The translations under genes were made by a program, and so were the position numbers. Positions 15,941 to 24,810 of a DNA stretch of 36,924 nucleotides are shown piece after piece; within the stretch, counting starts at the first letter, position 1; each line of letters opens with the position of its first letter. The notes below the pieces were generated by a model. The model searched no databases. It was not told the DNA's origin and saw only the letters and a list, made by a program, of their open reading frames with translations. Source of the DNA: a virus. The stretch lies in the IMG/VR virus record IMGVR_UViG_3300045988_134434. One strand, given 5' to 3'.

Positions 15941-16095
15941 GCCATTGATATATGTTAATATGTTAGTGTGGAAATAGAAAAGGCTAATAAAAATCTCTAA
16001 CACATTACACAATATCCAATCAATCTATTTCCCACAATTAGTTTATGGGAGTTTCATATACCTCCTTTTAACATATAAATTTTTAATAATTCCAA

Positions 16096-16128
16096 GAAAG
16101 ATAGCCAACTACCTAGGCTATCTTTTTT
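16096..16128 (+). terminator. Rho-independent terminator.
   Basis: aagatagcc-aactaccta-ggctatctt followed by TTTTT. Confidence 0.65.
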
Positions 16129-16174
16129 GGTGTGTTGATTTATTAGTATCTTGAGTTTAGAAAGGGGGGACCTT

Positions 16175-16429
16175 ATGAGTAATGAATTAAAGACTAAACA
16201 CCAAGTAACAAACGATATTATAAATATGGTAGTCAATCATAAGTTAACAACCAGGGAAGTTAATGAGGTATGCTTTGCAGTTATGTATCACCTGCTTTTA
16301 AATAAGGATAACGTTAGAATCATAAAAGAAGACATGGGGATTGATATATTTAAACTAAAGGGAACAGAGTTAATTGACTTTGTTCACGCTATGAATAAAT
16401 CATTTATGGTGATGAGTGAGGATGAATAG
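16175..16429 (+). CDS. Hypothetical protein.
   Basis: AAAGGGGGG RBS upstream of ATG 16175. Confidence 0.4.
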   Translation: MSNELKTKHQVTNDIINMVVNHKLTTREVNEVCFAVMYHLLLNKDNVRIIKEDMGIDIFKLKGTELIDFVHAMNKSFMVMSEDE

Positions 16430-16431
16430 CA

Positions 16432-16764
16432 ATGGATCTAATGACACCACAATTACTATCCAAGATTAATAAATGGTTAGCAGAAGGAAATATATATAGG
16501 TGCTACCAGTTGAAGGAATGGCGAGGAGTCAATGGCATAAGAGCAAGGGCTAAGGTTAGGGATAAGTACTGTGTTGACTGTGCCAAGATAGGTAAGCTGT
16601 CACCGATAGAAGAAGTACATCATGAGATAGAATTAAAGACTGACCCTAGTAAGTTCTTATGTTTAAACAATGTGGCTTGCCTATGCCAGGCTTGTCACAA
16701 TAAAAGACACGACAGGTTTGAGGGTAACAAGAAGAAAAGTTTTACAACGGAAGAACGTTGGTAA
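16432..16764 (+). CDS. HNH endonuclease (packaging-associated).
   Basis: CVDC...HHEIELK...CLCQACHNKRH (HNH motif). Immediately upstream of terS/terL. Confidence 0.85.
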   Translation: MDLMTPQLLSKINKWLAEGNIYRCYQLKEWRGVNGIRARAKVRDKYCVDCAKIGKLSPIEEVHHEIELKTDPSKFLCLNNVACLCQACHNKRHDRFEGNKKKSFTTEERW

Positions 16765-16774
16765 TCAGATGTTA

Positions 16775-16870
16775 AAGCTTGATGGGTCCCCCCGGGTCGA
16801 ATCATTTCATTTCTTTGGGAGAGGGGTAGCAACGCGGAGTGGGGCTCGGAGAATATACTTACTAAAATTT
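16775..16870. other. GC-rich island between the HNH and terS genes. Candidate cos / packaging site.
   Basis: gatgggtccccccgggtcgaatc at 16781-16803, gggagaggggtagcaacgcggagtggggctcggag at 16817-16851, and a cacg repeat. The composition differs sharply from the AT-rich surroundings. Confidence 0.35.
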
Positions 16871-16906
16871 ATCATGCACGCACGCACGAGGAAAGGGGGT
16901 TATAGC

Positions 16907-17233
16907 ATGGAAGAAGTTTTCAAACTAAACAAGAGTCAGAAAATCAAGTCTAATAAAATTCATAAGGCAATAATTGACCAAATGAAGGAAAATGGAACTC
17001 ACAAAGAGCCATACATTGATATTGCTGAACGATATATGGCAATGTGGGAAGTTACCATAATGCTTGAAGAAGATATCCGAGATCGTGGAGTTCAGATTAT
17101 GACAGAAAAAGGACTAAAGAAAAATGATTCAGTAGCGATGTTAACTAATCTTAATAAGCAGATGTTAATATGCCTTGAAAAGCTAGGCCTGTCTACCTCA
17201 ACGGTTAAGCATGAGCTTGGCGGTGATATCTAG
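16907..17233 (+). CDS. terS: Terminase small subunit (P27-family-like).
   Basis: About 108 aa. GAAAGGGGG RBS upstream of ATG 16907. It lies directly upstream of TerL and overlaps it. KEPYIDIAERYMAMWEV pattern. Confidence 0.6.
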   Translation: MEEVFKLNKSQKIKSNKIHKAIIDQMKENGTHKEPYIDIAERYMAMWEVTIMLEEDIRDRGVQIMTEKGLKKNDSVAMLTNLNKQMLICLEKLGLSTSTVKHELGGDI

Positions 17234-18885
17234 TGAAATATAACACTGGATGTAAGTATTTTGATAAGTGGTTTGAATTGTGCGACAAACAGCCAACTAG
17301 TATATGGAATTTGCATTTAAGGTCCTTAATTCTCAAAAAAATAGAGAAACAGAATATATATGTTGATGTTAAGAAAGTCGATAAATTAATAAAAACTATT
17401 GAAAAATATAGACCCTACAAGCTGGCACCAGTGCAGAAGTTCTTACACTGTATTCCCTACACTTACCTAGCACCAGGCATAAAAGCATGGAACGAAATCC
17501 TCATTGAAAGTGGTAGAGGATTTGGTAAAAATGCCTATGTAAGTGATTACATCTTAGGGGCAACTAGCAATGTAAATGGTATAAAAGGCTACAATGTTGA
17601 TATAGTTGCCACGTCAGAAGACCAGGCTAAAACATCATTTGCAGATGTGTATAATGCCATAGGAGATAACACAGATTTACAAAGAGCATATAAAAGGACC
17701 CTGGTGGAAATTGAATTCGTTAGGACTAATTCAAAAGTCAAATACTATACTTCCAACGCTAAGACTAAAGACGGACTTAGACCTGGAGCAGTGGTATTTG
17801 ATGAAATACATGCTTATGAGGACTATGATAATATCAAGGTGTTTAGGTCTGCACTAGGTAAAGTCCCTGAACCACTGACTATATATATTACTACTAATGG
17901 ATATGTCAGAGGTGGGGTATTAGATGACCTAGTAACAGAAGGTAAGGAATGCTTACTTGAACAAGACTTAGAATCCAAACTATTCCCTTTTATTGCAGTC
18001 ATTGACAGATACGAAGAATGGGACGACCCCAGCCTATGGGTCAAGGCAAATCCAATGATTCCATACTTGCCTATTCTAGAGCAAGAATATAAGGATGCAT
18101 TTAGGAATGCTAAGAAAAGACCACATATGAAGGTTGAGTTTATAACCAAGCGTTTAAATTTCACCATGGAAGATACAGACACTGCTGTTGCTTCTTGGGA
18201 AGATATCCTGGCAACCAATCAAGAGGTAAACTGGAAGGACTTTATGGGGTGTTCATGTGTTGGTGGTGTAGACTATGCGAGTTCGAGAGACTTCATAGGT
18301 GTTGGGTTATTGTTCAAGAAGATAGTCAATGACAATACTAAGTACTATTTTAAGCACCATACATTCATTGTCGAAGAGAGTCTAAAGCTAGTAAAATTCA
18401 AGGTGGATTTAGATAGGGCCATTAGTGAGGGACTAGTTACTATTGTTCCAGGAAAAACAATGGATCCTAGATATTTGACAAGTTGGTTCTTGAATGAAGT
18501 AAAAGAGAATAGGTATATCATTGAAGCGATAGCAACAGATGATTATAGATATGAACTAATTAAGGACGATTTCAACGAGGTAGGTCTGCCACTTACCACA
18601 GTTAGAAGTGGTCCTATTTCTCACGGGAAAATTGCACCAATAATTGAAAAGCTATTTGCTGATAACAACCTTGTATTTGGTGATGATATGATGATGAGAT
18701 GGTATACGAACAACGTTAAGGTAGTCACTGATGGTAAGGGAAATAAGACTTATCAAAAGCAGGATCCTGAAAGACGAAAGACAGATGGATTTATGGCATT
18801 TATTCACGCTATGTTAAAACGGGACTCTATAAGGATAGCCACAATGGCCAATATTAACAAGGGATTTAAAACATACACATATTAA
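17233..18885 (+). CDS. terL: Terminase large subunit.
   Basis: Walker A-like GRGFGKNAYVS, Walker B VVFDEIHAYED, and a C-terminal nuclease domain. GTG start overlaps the terS stop. Confidence 0.9.
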   Translation: MKYNTGCKYFDKWFELCDKQPTSIWNLHLRSLILKKIEKQNIYVDVKKVDKLIKTIEKYRPYKLAPVQKFLHCIPYTYLAPGIKAWNEILIESGRGFGKNAYVSDYILGATSNVNGIKGYNVDIVATSEDQAKTSFADVYNAIGDNTDLQRAYKRTLVEIEFVRTNSKVKYYTSNAKTKDGLRPGAVVFDEIHAYEDYDNIKVFRSALGKVPEPLTIYITTNGYVRGGVLDDLVTEGKECLLEQDLESKLFPFIAVIDRYEEWDDPSLWVKANPMIPYLPILEQEYKDAFRNAKKRPHMKVEFITKRLNFTMEDTDTAVASWEDILATNQEVNWKDFMGCSCVGGVDYASSRDFIGVGLLFKKIVNDNTKYYFKHHTFIVEESLKLVKFKVDLDRAISEGLVTIVPGKTMDPRYLTSWFLNEVKENRYIIEAIATDDYRYELIKDDFNEVGLPLTTVRSGPISHGKIAPIIEKLFADNNLVFGDDMMMRWYTNNVKVVTDGKGNKTYQKQDPERRKTDGFMAFIHAMLKRDSIRIATMANINKGFKTYTY

Positions 18886-18904
18886 CAAGAAAGGGGGTGG
18901 AGAG

Positions 18905-20128
18905 ATGGGAGTATTTAACAAAATGATGGAAGTACTAACTGGGAGTAACAAGCAGAGACTTGATATGCTACCAGTGGGGGATTTTATGCTTGATGGGATA
19001 ACCATTCCATTGGCATCAGAACAAGTATATCTTGAATATGCAATAAGTATGTGTATTAACAAGATCGCCAATGCATTAAGCCAATGTACAATCGAAACAT
19101 ACGAAAAGGGAAAAATCAAAAAAGGCGAAGTATGGTATCAATTCAATGTTGAGCCTAACATAAATCAAAATATAACTGATTTTTGGAATAAGCTAGTGCT
19201 TGAAATGGTGGTTAATCCTAATGGGGCATTAATAGTTCAGTCCTATGAAGGCTACTGGCTAATAGCAGATAGTTACACCATTATGGAAAGAGCAGTCAAG
19301 GACAACGTCTATAAGGATGTAAGAATTGGGGACTTTATATTCAATAGGGAATTCAAGGAAAGTGATGTCTTGCACTTAAAGTTATCAAACAAAAATGTAA
19401 AGCAACTTGTAACAAGTGTTTATACAATGTTTGGAAAAGTTCTAACAAGTGCAGTTAAGAATTACAATAGGAAGAATTCAAGGAAGGTATTAGTTAAAAT
19501 TGATACCATGTTTGAAACATTTAAGAATACTGTGGATCCTGAAACTGGTCAGACTGAATACGATTTAAGGCTAGACGATTTATTCAAAAATAGGTTAGTA
19601 GGATATTTTTCTGAATCTGATTCAGCGACACCAATTGAAAAGGGCCTAGAAATTGAAGATAAGACATCAGAGTTCAATGGGTCTGGGTCGAAATATAGAG
19701 AAACTGATGATATACGAGGTGCATTTGACGATATTGTAAATATGGTGGCTGATATATTCAATATCCCTAGAGGACTTTTAAAGGGTGATACTGCAGATGT
19801 GGAAGCTATGACAGATAACTTTATTTCATTCTGCATAAATCCTATTGCAGGGCAGTTGGAAGATGAAATCAACAGAAAACTATATGGGAAGAAATCATAC
19901 TTAGAAGGGACTAAGATGATAATCAAGACATCTTCAATTAAATCTTATGACCTAACCAAGATTGCTGCAAGTGTAGAGGCCCTATATAGAATAAGGACTT
20001 TAAACACTAATGAAGTAAGAAGACTATTGAAATATGAAGAGATAGGAGAAGATTGGGCCAATGAATATATGGAGACAAAGAACTATCAACCAGTTAATCA
20101 GAAAGGGGGTGAGATAGATGGAGAATAA
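18905..20128 (+). CDS. Portal protein (HK97-family-like).
   Basis: 407 aa, directly after terL and before the prohead protease. GGGGGTGGAG RBS. Confidence 0.7.
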   Translation: MGVFNKMMEVLTGSNKQRLDMLPVGDFMLDGITIPLASEQVYLEYAISMCINKIANALSQCTIETYEKGKIKKGEVWYQFNVEPNINQNITDFWNKLVLEMVVNPNGALIVQSYEGYWLIADSYTIMERAVKDNVYKDVRIGDFIFNREFKESDVLHLKLSNKNVKQLVTSVYTMFGKVLTSAVKNYNRKNSRKVLVKIDTMFETFKNTVDPETGQTEYDLRLDDLFKNRLVGYFSESDSATPIEKGLEIEDKTSEFNGSGSKYRETDDIRGAFDDIVNMVADIFNIPRGLLKGDTADVEAMTDNFISFCINPIAGQLEDEINRKLYGKKSYLEGTKMIIKTSSIKSYDLTKIAASVEALYRIRTLNTNEVRRLLKYEEIGEDWANEYMETKNYQPVNQKGGEIDGE

Positions 20129-20819
20129 GGTAATTAAAGCAAGATGTGAGTTGGTCGACAATAACGGACTAAAGGAGTTAGTGTTGTATGGGCCGGTGGT
20201 AAATGGTAAGGCATGGTATTTTGACTCAGATGAGTATATTTGCCCTCAAAATGTAATGGCAGCATTAAAGGAAGCTGATGGTGAAGATATCATTGTTAGG
20301 ATAAATACCAATGGCGGAGATGTGTTTGCAGGAATAAGCATTTACAATATTCTAAAAGACTACAAAGGTAAGGTCACAGTCAAAGTAGATGGAATGGCTG
20401 CGAGTGCAGGTTCAGTGATAGCCATGGCAGGTGATAAGATTTTGATGGGTGTTGGGACAATGCTAATGATCCATAATGCATGGACTTTTGCAGCAGGGAA
20501 TGCAGACGAGTTAAGGAAGGTTGCAGATGACCTAGACAAGATATCAGATAGCATATCTAATATTTACATGACAAGATTTTCAGGAACAGTCGAAGAACTA
20601 AAAGCACTACTTAACGCTGAAAGCTATTTGACTGCAGAAGAGTCAATAGCCCTTGGCTTGGCTGATGAAGAAATCGAGGAAGAACCGGCAGAACCAAAGG
20701 AACCGGAAGAAGACCCTGAAGAAATCAAAAACTCAATAATTGGCAAGTACATTGCCATGCGAAAAGAATCCGACAAAACACAGAACAAGGGTTCTTTTTA
20801 TATGAATAAATTTAGATAA
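20118..20819 (+). CDS. Prohead protease (ClpP/S14 family) with an acidic C-terminal extension.
   Basis: GMAASAGSVIAMAGDKILMGVGTMLMIHNAW (ClpP-like Ser/His region). Acidic tract EEIEEEPAEPKEPEEDPEE. Confidence 0.8.
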   Translation: MENKVIKARCELVDNNGLKELVLYGPVVNGKAWYFDSDEYICPQNVMAALKEADGEDIIVRINTNGGDVFAGISIYNILKDYKGKVTVKVDGMAASAGSVIAMAGDKILMGVGTMLMIHNAWTFAAGNADELRKVADDLDKISDSISNIYMTRFSGTVEELKALLNAESYLTAEESIALGLADEEIEEEPAEPKEPEEDPEEIKNSIIGKYIAMRKESDKTQNKGSFYMNKFR

Positions 20820-20839
20820 GAAAGAGAGGACATTACAAT

Positions 20840-21958
20840 ATGGCTTTACTAAACAAAGATAACGAAACGAATATACAGGCGCTAGCACTAGATCTAGCTA
20901 GGGCAGAAAATGAAGAGGCATTTGCAAAGGCGCAGGTTGCCCTTGCTGCACAAATTGAACAGGATATAATAGCGCAGGCAAAGCAGGCCGCAACAGATGA
21001 TTTATCAGATTCAAGAGTTCTTGAGTCAAGAGGACTAAGAGCCTTGACAAGTCACGAAAAGAAATACTATGCACAGGTCCTATCTACTGGTGGATTTAGA
21101 GGCATTGAAGAATTAATGCCTATCACAATAATAGATAGAATATTTAAGGATATTGAGGCAGAACATCCACTTCTACAGAAGATTCAGTTTGTAAACACTA
21201 CTGGAATAACTAAGTGGCTTGCCAGAAAGTCAGATGCAGAAGGAGCTGTTTGGGGTAAGCTTGGAACTGAAATCAAGAAGAAGCTAGATAACTCATTTAC
21301 TGTAGTAAATACTACTCTTAATAAGCTAACTGCATTTATCCCAGTATCTAATGATATATTAGTTCTTGGTGATTTGTGGATAGATAAATTTGTTAGAGTA
21401 CTACTAGCTGAATCAATAGCTATAGGCCTAGAAAAGGCAATAATTGAAGGTAACGGAGTAGATTGCCCAGTTGGTATGCTAAAGGATATCACGCAGGCGA
21501 AGTCAGCTACTACTGGATATCCTGATAAGGCAGCAGTCGCACTTAACGACCTAAAGCCTGGAACACTTGGTAAAAATGTAATGAAGCCACTTGTAGATAA
21601 GAAGGTTAAGACTGTTAACAATGTATTGTTGATTTGCAATCCTGGTGATTATTGGGAAAAAATATTCCCACAGACTACAGTGCTAAGTGCTGCAGGTCAG
21701 TATGTATTTAATGTACTACCAATAAACGCAGAAGTATGCCAGTCAGCATTTGTTCCTGAAGGCAAGCTTATAGCGTGTATTCCTGATGATTACTTCCTTG
21801 GCATAGGATTTAATGGTCCTGTAGTATATTCAGATGAATATCAGTTCTTAGAAGATGAAAGAGTATACGCACAGAAGCTATTAGGACATGGTCAACCAAT
21901 TGAACCTAAGTCATTCTTGGTATTCAATATTGCTGCAATGGCTATTCCAAGCGTATAA
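20840..21958 (+). CDS. Major capsid protein (HK97 fold) with an N-terminal delta domain.
   Basis: Coiled-coil N-terminus LDLARAENEEAFAKAQVALAAQIEQDIIAQAK. Size and position fit an HK97-type module. Confidence 0.8.
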   Translation: MALLNKDNETNIQALALDLARAENEEAFAKAQVALAAQIEQDIIAQAKQAATDDLSDSRVLESRGLRALTSHEKKYYAQVLSTGGFRGIEELMPITIIDRIFKDIEAEHPLLQKIQFVNTTGITKWLARKSDAEGAVWGKLGTEIKKKLDNSFTVVNTTLNKLTAFIPVSNDILVLGDLWIDKFVRVLLAESIAIGLEKAIIEGNGVDCPVGMLKDITQAKSATTGYPDKAAVALNDLKPGTLGKNVMKPLVDKKVKTVNNVLLICNPGDYWEKIFPQTTVLSAAGQYVFNVLPINAEVCQSAFVPEGKLIACIPDDYFLGIGFNGPVVYSDEYQFLEDERVYAQKLLGHGQPIEPKSFLVFNIAAMAIPSV

Positions 21959-21975
21959 GATTTTATAAGTATGAC

Positions 21976-22008
21976 GGCCGGTGTTAATCACTGGCCTTTA
22001 TAAGTAAA
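21976..22008 (+). terminator. Terminator hairpin after the capsid gene.
   Basis: ggccggtg-ttaat-cactggcc followed by a T-rich tract. Confidence 0.5.
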
Positions 22009-22020
22009 GGGGGACAGATT

Positions 22021-22221
22021 ATGGCATCAAAAAAGGTTAAGGCATCAGAAGATGTTAAGGCAAGAGTCTTATTTGATTTTGAGGACTTACAAGATAATGT
22101 AATAAGATATAGTGGAGATATATTTTCAGTAACAAGGACTAGGTTTGATGAAATAAACAAAAAGACCCAGGAAATGTTTAACGCAGACTATGTGGAAGAA
22201 GTGCTTGACGAAGAGATGTAG
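22021..22221 (+). CDS. Hypothetical small head protein.
   Basis: ORF with a GGGGGA RBS. Confidence 0.4.
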   Translation: MASKKVKASEDVKARVLFDFEDLQDNVIRYSGDIFSVTRTRFDEINKKTQEMFNADYVEEVLDEEM

Positions 22222-22229
22222 GTGATAGC

Positions 22230-22490
22230 ATGACGCTACTAGAAGAGGTGAAAGCAAGGCTTGATGTTACTTGGGAATATGACGATCCTAAAATTAATAC
22301 AATGATTTTGGAAGGTCAAGACTTCATCAAATCAAGGGTTGGCAAGACTAACTTTGATACTGAGATATCAGCAAGAAAGCTATTAAAAGAATATTGCTTC
22401 TATGCCTGGAACGGGGCAATCTACTCATTTGAGGATGACTTTAAGAGTGATATTTTAAATCTGCAGATTAAGCACAGTTTGGGGGACTAG
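22230..22490 (+). CDS. Head-tail connector (gp6-like).
   Basis: LLEEVKARLDVTWEYDDPKINTMILEG matches the gp6-like connector N-terminal pattern. Confidence 0.55.
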   Translation: MTLLEEVKARLDVTWEYDDPKINTMILEGQDFIKSRVGKTNFDTEISARKLLKEYCFYAWNGAIYSFEDDFKSDILNLQIKHSLGD

Positions 22491-22494
22491 CAAG

Positions 22495-22842
22495 ATGAAA
22501 CCTAACAAGAGAACATCTGAAGAATTAAATAGTGGACTACTTGAATATGGAGTCAAGAAAACAGTAAGAGATGAGAAGAAGGCAGTTGTAGGTAATAGAT
22601 TTGTAAGGTTGGGTTTTTTGAAATATAAAACCAAGTATTTCAAGTATGAAGATTTTACAAATTACTTTGGGATTGAGTCAAGGGTAGACCTTAAAATCAA
22701 AGTCTACAAGGTCAAGGACTTAGAAATGACCCAGTTAATAAGAATTGACAATGCCTACTTCGATATCGTTAAAATGGATGACGATCTAACAGGTCGATTT
22801 ACATATTTGTATTTACAGAAAAGAGGTGGGCTAGATGATTAA
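22495..22842 (+). CDS. Head closure / head-tail joining protein.
   Basis: Position and size in an HK97-like module. Confidence 0.45.
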   Translation: MKPNKRTSEELNSGLLEYGVKKTVRDEKKAVVGNRFVRLGFLKYKTKYFKYEDFTNYFGIESRVDLKIKVYKVKDLEMTQLIRIDNAYFDIVKMDDDLTGRFTYLYLQKRGGLDD

Positions 22843-23191
22843 AAATCTACAGGGGCTACTTGACCAATTAGAGGCAATAGCACCAGTATTTGCCACCGAC
22901 ATAAGAAAAGACGAGGTCAAGGAGAATAAGTCGTTCTTTATTTATGATGATGATGGCGATATCAAAAAGCCTGACACGTCAACAAATCAATATCAGCAAG
23001 AATTTTATTTGTATTTTGTGACTAGGGAAAAAATGGTCCTGGACAAATTCAAAATAATAGAAATGTGTGACGATCACAGACTATTATTTAATTCTTGCGA
23101 AACACAGGTTGGGAAGATAGAAGGCTTAGATGTAGAGGCTAGCATGACTACTTTTACATTTATTCACATTCACAGGATGTGTAGAGGGTAG
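22835..23191 (+). CDS. Tail component (gp10-like neck protein).
   Basis: Position and size. Confidence 0.4.
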   Translation: MIKNLQGLLDQLEAIAPVFATDIRKDEVKENKSFFIYDDDGDIKKPDTSTNQYQQEFYLYFVTREKMVLDKFKIIEMCDDHRLLFNSCETQVGKIEGLDVEASMTTFTFIHIHRMCRG

Positions 23192-23194
23192 CCT

Positions 23195-23587
23195 ATGAGC
23201 AGGATATCCTTCATATTAAAGCCTGAACAAAGTGAGAAGATAGCCGAGGGTTTAAAAAAGACAAGTTCAGCTCTTGAAAGCAAGCTAAATGAATATTTGC
23301 ACACAAAAGGCGGCCAATATGCCATTCAGGGGATAATAGGATTTATGCCTAAGTCTGATAGGAAAAAGGCGCACGCTAAAGATAGAAGTTCGCTAAAGAG
23401 TAGGAATTTTAATTTAGGATTTGAAATATCACCTAAAAGCCCTTACAAATATCTAGTATTCCCTGACCAAGGAATAGGGAAAAATAACCCAGTCGCCCAG
23501 GAGTTCTTCCAAAAAGGATTGGAAAGCAAAGAGGATAAGATATTTAATGATGTAATTAAAATCATTGATGAAAATATTAGTATTTAG
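23195..23587 (+). CDS. Tail completion protein (gp11-like).
   Basis: Position and size. Confidence 0.4.
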   Translation: MSRISFILKPEQSEKIAEGLKKTSSALESKLNEYLHTKGGQYAIQGIIGFMPKSDRKKAHAKDRSSLKSRNFNLGFEISPKSPYKYLVFPDQGIGKNNPVAQEFFQKGLESKEDKIFNDVIKIIDENISI

Positions 23588-23603
23588 AATAGGAGAAGAT
23601 AAG

Positions 23604-24167
23604 ATGGGAGCAACGCAGAGAGATAGCCAGTTTTCATATTTTAAAGTTACAAATGCCCATATATTATTTGAGGGTGAAACTGCATCAAAGAAGTTAGGCT
23701 GCACTGGTGAGTTAGAAGTCGAATCCGAAATCAAAACAATCGTTAAGAAGTGCGAGGGAGTCGATAAGGAAAAGAGGGCCAAGGTGGTTGGTCAGAAGCT
23801 AAAGTTTGTAGGTCATATTGAAAGAGATGTCCTAAATAAAATATTTGGTATAGATACAACAGGATTTAAGCCGGGTGTATATGCATATGGTGATAGCTCT
23901 CTTGGCAAAGTAGGGTGCTTGACATTTTCAGCATATGACCTAATGGAAACAGATGAAGAGTTTCTTGCTTGGCCAAAGGCTGCAGTTACATCAGGACTAA
24001 CTCTGTCTATCAAGAATGGTGAGGAAGAAGTAGCAGAGATAGAACTTGAATTTTCAATAACTGCTGATGAAATGGGCAAGTTTATGTATAGAGGGTTTAG
24101 GTCAGAACTTGGAACTGTTGCTGATACATGGCATTCAAAGTTTGACGCAAGCAAGCTAAAGGCATAA
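23604..24167 (+). CDS. Major tail protein.
   Basis: AGGAGA RBS upstream of ATG 23604. It lies immediately upstream of the chaperone and TMP genes. Confidence 0.6.
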   Translation: MGATQRDSQFSYFKVTNAHILFEGETASKKLGCTGELEVESEIKTIVKKCEGVDKEKRAKVVGQKLKFVGHIERDVLNKIFGIDTTGFKPGVYAYGDSSLGKVGCLTFSAYDLMETDEEFLAWPKAAVTSGLTLSIKNGEEEVAEIELEFSITADEMGKFMYRGFRSELGTVADTWHSKFDASKLKA

Positions 24168-24197
24168 ACGAATTAAAATATTTAAAAGGGGGTCAAT

Positions 24198-24605
24198 ATG
24201 GCACTTACATCAATCAAATTAATTGAGGGTGGAGAATTTAAAATAAATACACACCTAACACTTGGAGCATTAAGAGACGCACAGATAAAGGGTCTACTTA
24301 ACAAGGACTTTATATCAGGGATAATCAAGACAAGCATGGGAAATGAAATAGGGTTTGATTCGTTGCCAATGGATGATATCCTTCTTATGGATCTTGCTTA
24401 TATTTGCTACACGATGGAAAATAAAAATCCACTAAGCATTGATGAATTCTTAGAAGTGGCAGACCTTAATTTCCAAGACTTAACTGAGATATACACAGAA
24501 GTGTTAACAAATTTAATAACTAGACCAGGAAAGATGCCTGGTGATTTTAAGAAGGCCACACCAAAGCAGGCATCTAATGGCAAGAAAAAAAAACACCAAC
24601 GCTAG
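24198..24605 (+). CDS. Tail assembly chaperone (gpG-like).
   Basis: Position between the major tail protein and TMP. It ends in a run of nine A (24585-24593). Confidence 0.65.
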   Translation: MALTSIKLIEGGEFKINTHLTLGALRDAQIKGLLNKDFISGIIKTSMGNEIGFDSLPMDDILLMDLAYICYTMENKNPLSIDEFLEVADLNFQDLTEIYTEVLTNLITRPGKMPGDFKKATPKQASNGKKKKHQR

Positions 24606-24754
24606 ATCCTAGCAATGTTGAGGAGTTCTTCTCATTATTTGCCTTTTATTTCGGTTTAGGTCAGGATATATGGGAAATCCCTATATCCATGTTAATGTCT
24701 ATAGCAGTGAATAAAATTGCCATAGACAATTACTTAAACAGTAGTATAGATTAG
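24198..24754 (+). CDS. Tail assembly chaperone GT-like product, made by a -1 programmed frameshift on the A9 run.
   Basis: The -1 frame is open for 58 codons after the A9 run (24585-24593): KKTPTLDPSNVEEFFSLFAFYFGLGQDIWEIPISMLMSIAVNKIAIDNYLNSSID. It ends at TAG 24752-24754 and is followed by a terminator-like hairpin. Confidence 0.55.
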
Positions 24755-24781
24755 CCCCATATTTTTGGGGCTTTTTTTATT
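24754..24781 (+). terminator. Hairpin gcccca-tattttt-ggggc followed by TTTTTTT.
   Basis: Read directly from the sequence, upstream of the TMP gene. Confidence 0.5.
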
Positions 24782-24810
24782 GAAAAAATTTTAAAGAAAG
24801 GGGGAATAAC

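Noticed and set aside
16874-16906. Upstream in-frame ATG (MHARTRKGGYS...) as the terS start.
   Set aside because: It has no RBS. ATG 16907 has GAAAGGGGG at ideal spacing, and the upstream part overlaps the GC-rich putative cos region.
17823-18218. 131-aa minus-strand ORF inside terL. Similar antisense ORFs lie in the capsid gene (21184-21639) and the holin gene (33542-33952).
   Set aside because: They are antisense to well-supported structural genes and lack translation signals.
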